Assembly (NCBI GenBank): GCA_050273025.1
Contig: CP158635.1
Coordinates: 21,266,001-21,330,000, forward strand
DNA from: Cenococcum geophilum
Taxonomy: Eukaryota
Length of the DNA stretch: 64,000 nt
Direction of reading: 5' to 3'
A program made the translations under genes and the position numbers. Under the pieces are notes generated by a model. The model did no database searches, was not told where the DNA came from, and saw only the letters and a program-made list of their open reading frames with translations. Below are positions 39,201 to 51,819 of the stretch, one piece after another; position 1 is the stretch's first letter; each line of letters opens with the position of its first letter.

Positions 39201-42200
39201 TCGCCTACTAGAGTGCTTATCCTCTTTATACCGAAAGTAGATGGTATAATATAGTTATGCATTAACTATAGACGCCTAAATAAGATTACAATTAAGAACC
39301 GGTACCCCCTACTATTAGTTAGCGAACTCTTTAATAGGCTTAGCTATGCGAAGATATTTATAAAGCTAGATCTTTATAATACGTACTATAGGATTTATAT
39401 TAAAAAGGGAAATAAATAGAAGACCGTATTTAAGACACGCTATAGTTACTTTAAGTACCTAGTAATGCCCTTTAGTCTTACTAACGCCCCTATAACATTT
39501 TAGAGCTATATTTATAAAGCTCTAGAAACCCTAGTAGATACTATCTATATAGTTTACCTAGATAATATTCTTATCTACTTAAATAATAAGGATAAGTACG
39601 TCAAGTACGTTAAGCAGGTACTATAACAGCTCCGCGCTTAGGGCCTATACGCCAAACTATTAAAATATATCTTTTATACTAAGAACGTTAAGTTTCTGGG
39701 CTTTATCGTTACCCCTAGGGGTATTATAATGGACCCTAACCGCGTAAAAGCTATTAAGGAATAGCCTAAGCCTAAGTTCTATAGGGACATCTAGGTCTTC
39801 CTTAACTTTGCTAACTTCTATAGGTAATTTGTCTGGAACTACTTAGATACTATATACCCCCTATATATATATCTTGTATAAGCATATCGCGACCTAATAT
39901 TAGATAGGGAGAGGAAGTAAAAGCGTAAGTTAAAAGGGCCTACTAAATAGTACTAACCTTGGTCCTAGCCTAATAACGCGTAGTAGGCGTTCTATAATCT
40001 ACGCGCTATATTTATATAGGCTCCTCTACTTCGCCACTTTAACCCTAATTTACCCCTAATAGTAATTACTAACGCTTTTAATTATGCCTATAGCGGTATA
40101 CTTCTATAGCCTTTAGGGTAAGGAGATTAACTCTACTAGCACCTAATCGCCTATTATAGTTAGAAGCTTACTAGCCTAGAAGTATAATATAATATATATA
40201 ATAAAGAACTACTTACTATAGTGCAATGCTTTAAGACATGGTGCTATTACCTTAAATACGCCGCGTATATAACGCGCGTGCTCTATAATTATAATAATCT
40301 TAGGTACTTTATAACCACTAAGAGCTTATCTACTTACTAGGCCCAGTATACTAAGGAACTAGCTAAGTTTAATTTTAAGATTAAATATAAGCTAGGTAAA
40401 GCAAATCCTGTTAATATACTATCCTGGCGCCTGGATTATACTAAAGGCTTTAAATATAGCAGTAAGAGGACAATCCTTAATGCTATGCTGCCTATATTAT
40501 AGCAAAAGTTGCGGGTTATAGGCCTTATAGGCGGCCCTAGTGCTACTATACTAAACTAGTAAGTAGCATACGTGTAGTATATAAGCGACCCTTATAAACT
40601 TGGCGCCGGCGGACTAGAGCGTCCTACTATTCTCTCTAAAACTACTTTAACTGGCCTAATAGCGCTTAACCCTAGGGAAGACCCCTTAGCCTAGGCTATA
40701 GTCCCCTATAATAATTTAACAAGTTACCTATATATTATATATTACTTCGCTAGTACCGACTTTACGTAGAGTCTCGTGCTATAGTAAGAGGTAGTAATAG
40801 CTGCTTTAGCTAAAACAGCGTTTACAGAACACCCCCCTAAGTCACTAGTTAATTTTATTTATAGAGTATAAAAAAGGGATACCTTTATATACTCTATATA
40901 TAATTAGTTAATCTAGGAATAAGTTCCTACTAGTAATAAAGACTATACCCTTAATAATTAAAGACTTCTAAGGTAAAATAATAAGGTCTAGGTGCTAAAT
41001 TGTATACTACTATAATAGGAGATCCTTAAGCGGAATTATAACAATCCTATAGGCGGCTACTATGGTTTTAACTATACTTTTAAGGTAATTGCGTAGAAGT
41101 ATATTTGGAACGGCCTTACCTAAGACCTCCGTAAATACCTAGATAATTATAATGCCTACTAACGCTTTAAATCGCGCCGCTATAAACCCTATAGTGAGCT
41201 GTAGCCTCTCTATGTCCCTACCCGAGCCTAGTAGTATTATTTACTTAACTTTATTACGGATCTCCTAGAGTCTAAAACTCCTAATGGCGTAGAGTATAAC
41301 TCCGTCCTTATCCTTATAGACCATTTTATAAAGCTAGTACGCTACTATTTAGTGCGTAAGATAATTAATGCTACGTAACTCGCAGAACTCTTATTTAGAG
41401 TCTTTATATAAATAAGGCCTCTAGATAATATTGTCTCTAATAGGGGTAGTATATTTATAAGTAAGTATTAGAGCACTATATGCTACTATCTCCGCGTTTA
41501 ATATAAACTTAGTACTATATTCTACCTGCAGATAGATAGTTAGACGGAGCGCTAGAACTAGGAGCTTAAGGTATACCTACGTATATTTATAAACTAGGAA
41601 CAGTCTAATTAGGCCTCTCTACTTAAAGAAGTAGCCTTTACCTATAACTCTAAGGTCTATACTATAATAAAGCGTTCCCTTATTAAGCTTGCCTATAGCT
41701 AGCTACTAAACATCCTAGACGGAGTTTTAGACAGCGTTTAAGACGCCTAGTAAGGTAGGGAGGGGTCTGAGTTAATAAATATCTAACTTATAGAGACGTA
41801 CCTATAACGCCTGCGCCTTATATATAAGGCAGCGGCGGCGTTAATAATGCACGCCTAAAAGCTTTAGGTAAAATACTATAATTATTACTACGTAGCTAAG
41901 CACTTTGCCGTCGGTAAATGAGTCCTACTTTCCTCTAAGAACATCCGCATAAAACGTCCCTATAAAAAGCTTAACTATAAGTTTATAGGACCGTTTTAGA
42001 TCCTAGAGCGCGTAGGGCAGTAAGTATATAAGCTAAAGCTTTTACCTACTATGGCATGGCTCCACCTAGTCTTTTATATCTCCCTACTAGAGCCTTATAG
42101 GTTACGCCCTAGGTTTTAACCCCCGGTAGTAAAAGAGCTTAAGAAAGGTAGCTGGGAAGTAGAAGCAATTATCGCCTACTAGGATTATGCTAGATAACCA

Positions 42201-45200
42201 TAGTACCTTATTAAATGGCTAGGATAGTTAAATAAGTATAATAAATGGAAATACGAGATAGAACTTAAGAATTGTTAATAACTGCTAGATAAGTACCGTA
42301 AGTGGGACACCCTAGCCTTATAGCCGAAGCGTAGGCGAAAAGTAAGCGCCGCTATTAAAATATAACCTGCATTAAAGCGGAGTAGAGGACGTCCTAAGGG
42401 ATTAAAGAATAAGCGATTGCTGTAAGAACTATAGCTTTAATTTAAAAAGCACCCTTTCTAGACCTAGTCCGTTACTCTATACTAGCTAAGTAAATTGTTT
42501 ATATATTAGAGAATAGGCCCGTTTATAACTAGGGTTTATTTAACCAAGGTTTATAACCTGCTAGTAATCTACCGGTAGTAACCTATACTAATAACTTATA
42601 TACTATTCTACGTATATACTACGCAAATAACGTATAAGGCTAAAATATAGGTTAGCGGCGGGTCTAATAGGTATATAGCCTTACCGTCCTAATCTAGCTG
42701 TATATAAATAACCTATAACCTACCCACGAAGTATATACGGCGTTATACCGGCATAGTGTAAGGCTAAAGTAGGGTTAGCGGCGGATTTAATAGGTATATA
42801 GCCTTACTGTTTACGAATCTGGCTATATATAAATAACCTATAACCTACCCGCGAGGTACTAGCGACCTGCCTATATAAGCGAGCTTTAGAATATTTCTAG
42901 TCTACTAAATTTAAGCGACGGTATTAAGCTCTACTAGCTCTACCTATTAAATAGACTAATTAGGATTTTCTATACCGGGTATATAAAATCGCTATTAGCT
43001 CGGTTAAATGCGGGGGAGTCTTAGTAAGGCAAATCTGACTAATTAGATAACTTTAACCGCCGGTCAAAGTTCCTTAACATCTTCACGCCGCGTATGTATA
43101 CCCGTCTCTCTATATATAAAATTAAAACACTCTTTCCCCTTTAAATTTTTTCCTTACTAAGGTTTTTTAGGGGTTTTATTAAGGCTTAAGTATATAAAGG
43201 ATTGGGGACGACCCTTTTTAAAGGGGGTGTTACGGACGCTTTAAGTACGATGTTATGACTACTAGGAAGGGAGTCGGAAGAAGCTAGTTGGTTAATATTA
43301 GCACGGTCTAGTATAGAGCCAGTGGAACCATATAATAAGGAATGGTAAGCGAGTTATATAATGTGCTACGTAAGGAATAAGAGGAACGGAGGGAACTTAT
43401 ATACCTTACGTATAATGCGTACCTTATATATAAGGAGGGTTTCCTAGAAGTACGGTTATGTATTTAAAGGACTACAATCCCTACTCTAGATAGTTCTTTC
43501 CTTATAGTAATTCTTAGAATACAATTAAAGTTAATCTGTTAGGTAACCACTCCACTAGTTATTATTACGTTGTTAACTTACTTGCAATACCTACACACCT
43601 AGCCTAATAATAAGCCCATCGTAGTACTTGCTATAAAGTTCCGTTACATAATTACTACCTAGTTACGGTTTTAATAAGTTAAATAATATACCACCAAAAG
43701 TAGCCACTATAACGCCATCGACGGCGGCAACTACTTTAAGGTCTGGAGACGACACTAATATAGTAGATACTAACTTATAACAACCTGTGACGGTCGGATA
43801 ACTATAAGAGATAGTTGACCAGTTAATAGAAAATAATATAATACTTAAATAAAGGATTAACGGGATAGGCGTAGTAAAGGTTAAGTTACTATTAATTAAA
43901 AGATTCTTAGGAGAAAGATTAAAGCTTAAAGGATTTCTTATATAAATACACTTTAAGGTAGCGCAGGAAGGAGTAAAGCTGGTAACGCCTATAGATCGAA
44001 TAGCTTACGCGGGATTATTCTTATTAGGAAGAGCACTTAAATAATTTAAGCCTTACCTTATAGAAATATAGGTAAATAGAATAACAACCACTAATTAAGA
44101 GGTGCGGTTTATATTTTTAAGTTAGGAAGGATTTGTAGAGCGACTTATATAGATATTTAGAGACCCAGAGGCAGTAACTATAGCGGAAAGAAAACTTTAA
44201 GACATTATGTAATAAACCTTAGCAATTAAGTATATAACGCAGTTCTAAACGCTAGCTATATAAGTTAAGTGAAATAATAGGGCGCTTATGGCACAGTATA
44301 AATAGGGACTTAAGGCTAAAGTCTAGGACGTAATTATTCTAATAGAAGATGCGGACACCCTAAGGGAATTAATAGATTAAGTAATAAAGATTAACAACAG
44401 GATCTTCTAAAGGGAATAGACTAAGAGAGGTTAGGATAGAGTTTTATAGTTATATAAGGCGTAGAGTACGTAACGACTAAAGCTAAGTTAGAAATTATAG
44501 TATAGCGCAGAGCTAATGGACCTAAGCGGTACTAAAGAAGCCTATAAGAGATAGAGTAAAAAACTATAAAAACCTAGAGGTTAAGGATCTAGTAATTATA
44601 GGACTAAGGAGTAAAGGCTAAACTAGGGATTTTATTAGTAGAAGACGTTTAGGCAAACTCTATAGTAAAGTTAATAGTTTAAAGACGGAGCTTATATAAA
44701 TTGCGGGAAATAGGGTTATTTTATAAGGGATTATAAAGATAGTTAGAGTTATTATATAATAAAGGGAACCTAACTAGTAGAAGACATATATATATAGAGG
44801 GATAATAGTGTACTGCGAGGAACGAAAGAATATTTAATTAGAAGTTTCGCGTTTTGTTATAATAACGTATACTAAATTTATAAAGACGCTAAGTATGGCG
44901 TAAGCTATTAGCTATAAGAGCTAGAGTTAAGAGGACTTAAAGGAACTAAAGAGTTAGATAAAGAATAAGATTAACTCTATAAGTTAAATTAGGATATTAT
45001 AGCAACATACGGATAATAATCAGCAATAATAATAATAGAATTAGAGTATTTATTAATTAATAGCGATGAGGATAGTAAAGGAACTAACTAGGGGTATCCA
45101 AACCTTAATAACGCAATAGAAGTAGAGACTAAGACCGCTATAGAGCAAGGTTTAATAACGGGTATTATAACACCGTTAGATATAGCATCTATCGCTTTAT

Positions 45201-46310
45201 AAGACGGCAGGAGCAGTATCTAAAAGAGATTAAGTAAGCAGATAACTGCTAGTGCTAGCTTACCACTTAATAAAGATAAAAGGCTAAAGGCTTAAGATTC
45301 TTAAGACGAAATAAGAGAGATCTAAGATTCTAAAGATAGGATGAGGATAGCTTAAGGGCCTATAACGAATAAAAACCGATAGAGTAGAGCAGTAGCTTAG
45401 TTTAAAGATATACAAATAAGCTTAGGATAGAGTTTCCCACAGGCATTAGATTCTTAAGATGAGATAGATAAGATTTAAGACTCTTAAGACGAGATAAGAA
45501 CACTACGGATACCTAGTTAAACTAAGGCGGGAGCTAAGCTTAAGTTAGAAGCAAGCTTAGGATTAAAGAATCTAAGGGACTAAGAATTTAGAGTATAAAT
45601 AAGGACACCTATAGGCAAGAGGCAAGGAGCTTCCTTATAGATTAGAGAATCTATAATATAAATAGCAGTTAGACTAGGAGATAGATATATAGACCTAAAA
45701 GACTTACTAGGGGAATACAGTATTCAGCCTAAAGATTAAAAAGTCGATACCAAGATTAAGAAGTACGACGACTTTAAGGATCCACTTATAAGATATAAAA
45801 GAAAAGAAACTATAGAGGAATTTAGAGCGAGAATTACCTTATAGTAAGAATAGAAACTAGATAAGAGATTTAGTATATTAGGATGTATAAGGGATAGAGC
45901 ACTTATATAAAAGGTCACTAATAGGCCTAAAGTAGGCACACTAAGGGCTAAGTGGCTTACTAAATTAGAATAAGAAGAGGATCTAGGGATTTTAACTAGG
46001 TTCGAAGAACAATATATAAAGGGCTATTATAACGCAGTAATAAGAAGATACTTCCTTACGGACGAGCCGTATACACTTAAAGGGTTATACTAAAAGTGGT
46101 ATAGACAACGATATAATAATAAGTGGGAAGATTTCTATATATAGTTAGATAAGAAAGTTATCCAGGACCACCCGATTATAGAAAAGGCTATAACTTATAT
46201 TAAAGGAGCCTTAATTATAACGTTAAAGGATCTAAAGGAGTAATTAGAGGCATCGGGAAAATATTCGCAGGATGAGATTTAAGTAGACTTTGGTTTTCGC
46301 GTTTCGCGTA

Positions 46311-46705
46311 ATTGACATGCAATTTGACCAACTCGACACGCAATTAACTAACTTGACACGCAATTGACTAACTTGACATGCAATTTAACCAACTCAACAC
46401 GCAGTTGACCTACTTGATATATAATTTAACTAACTTAACACGCAGTTGACCTACTTGACATGTAATTTAACTAACTTAACACGCAGTTGACCTACTTAAC
46501 ATGTAATTTAACTAACTTAATACGCAGTTGACCTACTTAATATATAATTTAACTAACTTAATACGCAGTTGACCTACTTAACATGCAATTTAACTAACTT
46601 AATACGCAATTGACCTACTTAATATGCAATTTAACTAACTTAACACGCAATTGACCTACTTGACATATAATTTAACTAACTTAACATATAGTTAACCTAC
46701 TTAAC
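46311..46705. repeat. 20/21-bp subterminal tandem array with 41-bp higher-order period
   Basis: Alternating gcagttgacctacttgacat / gcaatttaactaacttaacac units. Confidence 0.9.
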
Positions 46706-46836
46706 AACTTTAAAAGCTAACTGTATATTTCTTAACGTGCGATTAAGGTAAAGTTATATGCTATATATTTAACTATTATATATAATCCTATACAATCTTA
46801 TACAATCTCATACAATCTTATAGTCTTATTACTTGG

Positions 46837-47232
46837 AGGCTCTGCACGAGGCTCTATACGAAGCTCTGCGTACAGAGGCTCTGCACGAAGCTCTGCGCAT
46901 AGAGGCTCTGCACAAAGCTCTGCACGAAGCTTCGCATAAGGCTCTTCACGAGGCTCTACACGAAGCTCTGCGTACAGAGGCTCTGCACGAAGCTCTGCAC
47001 GAAGCTCTGCACGAAGCTCTGCACGAAGCTCTGCACGAAGCTCTGCACGAAGCTCTGCACGAAGCTCTGCACGAAGCTCTGCACGAAGCTCTGCACGAAG
47101 CTCTGCACGAAGCTCTGCACGAAGCTCTGCACGAAGCTCTGCACGAGGCTCTGCGCGAAGCTCTGCGTACAGAGGCTCTGCACGAGGCTCTGCGCGAAGC
47201 TCTGCGTACAGAGGCTCTACACGAAGCTCTGC
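46837..47232. repeat. 12-bp minisatellite (gctctgcacgaa)n
   Basis: Long perfect run at ~46980-47145 with variant units on both flanks; source of the EALH-repeat ORF. Confidence 0.95.
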
Positions 47233-47365
47233 ATCGGGTCCCCGCTATATTCCCGATAGCCTCTACACGTGCCTCTACCCTATGTAACCACCTTATTTTT
47301 TACCCTTCCTTCCTTCTTTATATCCTCCCTACCTAGGGAGGCACCAGAACGGCAGCCAGCAGAGG

Positions 47366-47606
47366 ACCGTTGCTAGAACTAGACGACCGTCGCCAGAACC
47401 AGATGACCGTTACCAGAACCAGACGACCATCGCCAGCCAGACGACCGTCGCCAGAACCAGACGACCGTCGCCAGCCAGACGACCGTTACCAGAACCAGAC
47501 GACCGTTGCCAGAGCCAGACGACCGTCGCCAGAACCAGACGACCGTTGCCAGCGCCAGACGACCGTCGCCAGAACCAGACGACCGTCGCCGTCGCCAGAC
47601 GACAAC
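47366..47606. repeat. 21-bp minisatellite (gccagaaccagacgaccgtc-like), followed by a GTAG/GCAG microsatellite at 47655-47920
   Basis: Direct reading; RIP-mutated counterpart at 4190-4470. Confidence 0.9.
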
Positions 47607-50600
47607 GACTAGCCAGCCAACACTATAAACGATTCGATCGATCGATCGAATTAAGGTAGCACAGACAGGTAGGCACAAACAGGTAGATGCTAACGGGTAG
47701 GTAGATGTAGATAGGTAGGCAGATGCAGACAGGTAAGCAGATGTAAATAGGTAGGTAGATACTAACGGGTAGGTAAATATAGATAGGTAGGCAGATGCAG
47801 ATAGGTAGGCAAATGCAGACAGGTAGATGTAGATAGGTAGGCGATGCAGATAGGTAGGTAGATGCAGATAGGTAGGCGATGTAGGTAGGTAGGTAAGTCA
47901 ATAGGTACAGTAGATAGGTAGAAGAGAACCATCGCTATATTATATTAAATTATCTAAAATAATAATATTTATTTTGCTAGCCTTATAAATAGCTTTAAAA
48001 TAGCTTTTATTTATTTAAAATATGCTATTAGTATAAAAGAGGTAAATATAATTATGGTTGCCAAATGCGCAGGTTGCGCGCAGGCTGCGCGCAGGCTGCG
48101 TGTCAAAAAAACACGACATAGGCTAGTCGGTCGAGTTGCCAAATGACCTCAACTGCGCGCCAATTGCGTCAACCACCAACCATTGAGGCCATTGAAAGGG
48201 TACCATATTTTGCCGATGGGACTAGAGAAGTAAAAGGCAAATCTTAGTACCTGTAAATAAAGTCGCAACGCTTAGATTAACATAAGAGAGGTTTAAACTT
48301 AAGGATAAAGATAAGCTAAGAGTTAACCTAAGACACTAAGCATATTACACACTATCGTAGATAGCATACGTGGATAATGCGTGCAATATATATAGAGCAC
48401 CAAAAGATAAAAATTAAAAATATCTAGCAAAAATATATTAGTTAATAAATAAGGCGAAATATTAAAACGCTAAGTATATGTATAGTTAATACCTAGTAAA
48501 AGTTTAAGAATAAGGGAACTTAACGCTTTAACCAGGAAGATTCCTTATAGAAGAATCCCTAGATAGACGACAATAGTGGGAATATCCAGAGAATACCTAT
48601 CTATGGCATATTAAAGATAAAAAGCGAACTAAGTATTAGCCTAAGTTAGACTAAGTATAAATAGGATCTAGTAGCTAATAGTTGGGAAAAGTAGAGGCTT
48701 ACGGGACTAGAGGGAACTAGTAGTAGAGCCTTAGACCCTTAAAGGAATTTAAGGTTAACACCTAAATTTACGAGTTAGGTAGCAAGATTAACAGTTTAAG
48801 GTATTAATAGATAGTAGAGCAATAAGGAACTATATCTTACTAGCAGCAGTTAAAAGAATGGGGTTACTATATAGGAAAAAGGAACATTTTTACCTATTAG
48901 TAACAATTTTAGGAGATCTAATAGCCTATAGAGGAGGCATTATTAATCTTAAAACAGAACCTATTTAGATAACTATTAAAGGGAAATAGATTAAGATGTC
49001 TTTTAATATATTACTATTGGGGAATAATAAGGCAGTATTAGGAATGCCTTAGTTATAGGAATATAATCTAAAGATCGATTAGGTTATAGGTTAGGTCGAT
49101 ATTAGAGATACTTAACGCCGCAAGATATAATAATAAGCTAAGATAGTATAGTACTAAGTAGGAGTAACCTACAAAGAAACAGAAAAAGGGTTAAGCTATA
49201 TACTAAAGAGATACCATAAGTACGGCAAGAAACTATAGTCACTGGAAAGTGAAAAGCTGTTAGAGTATATAGTATGGGATTATAAAATAGAATTAGAACT
49301 AGGAATAAGTCTAAGGTTCTTTCCAATCTACAAGCTTACTAAAGAAGAAGGTAGAGCATTAAAAGAGTTTATCTAGGAAAACTTATAAAAGGGATATATT
49401 AGACTATCGCAATTATTAGCGGGTTATTTAGTACTGTTTATACCGAAGAAAAATAGCAAGCTAAGGCTGTGTATTAACTATAAATAGTTAAACAGCATTA
49501 CTAGAAAGGATAGGTATCCTTTACCCTTAATTAGCGAAATATAAGATAGGATAGGTAATGCGCAAATCTTTACAAAAATAAATCTAAGATGGGTGTACTA
49601 TTAGATTAGAATTAAGGAAGGCAACAAATGGAAGGCAGCCTTTAGGTCAAAGGAAGGACTATATAAACTATTAGTTATACAATTCGGGCTTATAAACGCA
49701 CTAGCAACGTTTTAAAAGCAAATTAATAATATATTAGGAGAACACTTAGATGAATTTATTATAGCATATCTCAATAATATTATTATCTACTTAATGACTA
49801 AGGAAGAATATAAAGAATATATTAAATAGGTTTTAAAGAGACTACAGGAGGAACAGATGCTAGTAGTAATTAAGAAATATAAATTCTTTACTAGGAAGAC
49901 TAATTTCGTTAGATTTATTATTAAACTAGGCCAACTTAGTATAGATTTAAAGAAGATCGAAGCTATAGTAAATTGGCAGGAACTAGAGAACGTTACGCAG
50001 TTAAGATTGTTCCTAGGGTTTTGCAATTACTATAGAAGGTTTATAGCGCAATAGTTAAAAGATATTAAACTATTTACGCGGTTAATAAAGAAAGAAGAAC
50101 TATAGGTATAGGGAAAGGAGCAATAAGAACTATTTAAGAAAGTTAAAGAGTTATTTACCTAGGAGCTAGTTTTTAAGATCTATTAACTAGGACTAGAGAC
50201 AGTTATAGAAACAGATACATTAGACTTTAACTAGGGGTATACTTTATATAAAAGCATCTAAATGGATAGCACCTAGTAGCATACTATAGTTAGAAGATAA
50301 CACTACTAGAACTAAACTATAACATTTATAACAAGGAGTTATTAGGTATAGTACAGCATTAAAGAAATAGAGAGCATTCTTATAAGGCATAGAAAAACCA
50401 TTTATAGTTAAGATGGATTATAAGAACCTAACAGAATTCCTAATAATAAAGGAACTTAACTAAAGACAGGTTAGATGGGCAGAAATGCTTATAAAATACT
50501 ATTTTAAGATTTAGTATACTAAGGGTATAAACAATATAAGGGCAAATGCTCTAAGTTAAAAAGCTAAACTATAAAATAATAAGAAGCTATTAGGGGCTTT

Positions 50601-50670
50601 ACTACAAAAAGATACAAATGGGTTAATTAGGTATAATTATTCAAAAATTACAGTAACTTAGAAAGAATTA

Positions 50671-51819
50671 TATAAGATTCAATTTACCGTCCAACCTAGT
50701 CCCCCTAATGGGTCCACACAGACTAATTCCTATGGGAAAAACCTCCTTACTAAGAAAAACCCCATTTTTAAGTGTACAAAAAACCCCTAGGGGAGACGTA
50801 AGAGGTAATATTCCAGATAATATCCATACTATATTAACGGGAGGAAAAACACTGTTAGGTTGCTACTTTAAGACTCCCTTTACATAGGAGTGTCTAAATA
50901 CCTATCTTGCCCTATCTGCTATTTAAACTATCTTTGCTACATTTATATATTGCTTGTCTAAGTCGTGTGCCTATCCCTAGCTCCTTTTCTAAGTCTTCTG
51001 TAAATATCTCCTAATAGATAACACTTGCGTTCCGCCTGAGCCTATATGCTAAGGTTTCTTATCTACTCCTTTATTAAAGGGTTTCTATAACGGGGTGTAT
51101 ATAACTTAGTATTGCTTTTGCCCTAGGGCCCAAACCTAGGCCCTTATACCTATTTGTAAGGTATAGGAGGACAATCTAGTATTTAATAGGGGGCCTAATC
51201 CCTATAATTAGATACCTAGGTTACCGGATAATGTTAAAATAGGGGGCCTCTGCTACGCTTAGGGCGCGGATTGCTTATATATGTGTGTAAATACTATATA
51301 GTGTGTGTAGTATTTATAGGAGGGAGGGGGTACGCCGAAGGGATAATACTTGTCGATTTAATGTCCAAATATGTACATTAGAGACGTAGTAGCGGTGTTT
51401 AAACTTTTTTGCTAAGGCTCACCCCTTAGTAAAAAATCTTTGCACCACCATGACGTCGCTGCGTAGGCGCTGCGCAGCCGTATACACGTCTCTGCGTTTG
51501 CTCTGGTAGTCTATTAACACAATCTAAATGGAACATTAATAGTAGCTGCTAGGTTCCCGGGCTCCACCGCATAGGGGTGCAGAAGTCGCTTTTCTGGAGT
51601 CGTCTTTTTGACTGGTCTGGCGCCAAGGCCTGTGAAAACTCTGCTGTTCTAACGGCGTCAAGGGTTAAGTATTTAAAGGCCCCCTCTAGCCACAACGTAA
51701 CGCTGCTGCATTAGTAACAGACGAGATCCTCTCTCTTAGCTTAACTATGCGGACAAGATGAGACGGAAAGGAACCCCCATAGGACCGTATGGGTCGGATC
51801 TCGATTTTAGTATTCCCCT
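50671..51819. mobile_element. Unclassified 1149-bp insertion with 14-bp target duplication
   Basis: cttagaaagaatta at 50657-50670 and 51820-51833; single copy at the empty site in C (~15485). No TIR, LTR or poly(A) seen; several hairpins. Confidence 0.8.

Larger units (their letters stand above)
46251..48218. mobile_element. Non-autonomous TIR element, CACTA/CMC-like, 1968 bp, built largely of tandem arrays
   Basis: The empty site in copy C reads attagaggactggagaag. Here GG is duplicated (46249-50, 48219-20) around a 14-bp TIR catcgggaaaatat / atattttgccgatg (13/14). Subterminal ttgacacgc repeats on the left and inverted gcgtgtcaa on the right. Superfamily call is inference. Confidence 0.8.

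Noticed and set aside
46311..46705. CRISPR-like regular array
   Set aside because: Head-to-tail repeats with no unique spacers, eukaryotic context, no cas genes.
46833..47336. 167-aa EALH-repeat ORF, plus ORFs 46956-47183, 47370-47612, 47379-47678, 47623-47901
   Set aside because: Stop-free by-products of 12-, 21- and 4-bp tandem repeats inside a non-autonomous element; mostly non-ATG starts.
50671..51819. Hammerhead ribozyme or 5S/tRNA head in the 14-bp-TSD insertion
   Set aside because: No convincing CTGAnGA..GAAA core or Pol III boxes found by eye on either strand, even allowing for RIP; needs an Infernal scan.
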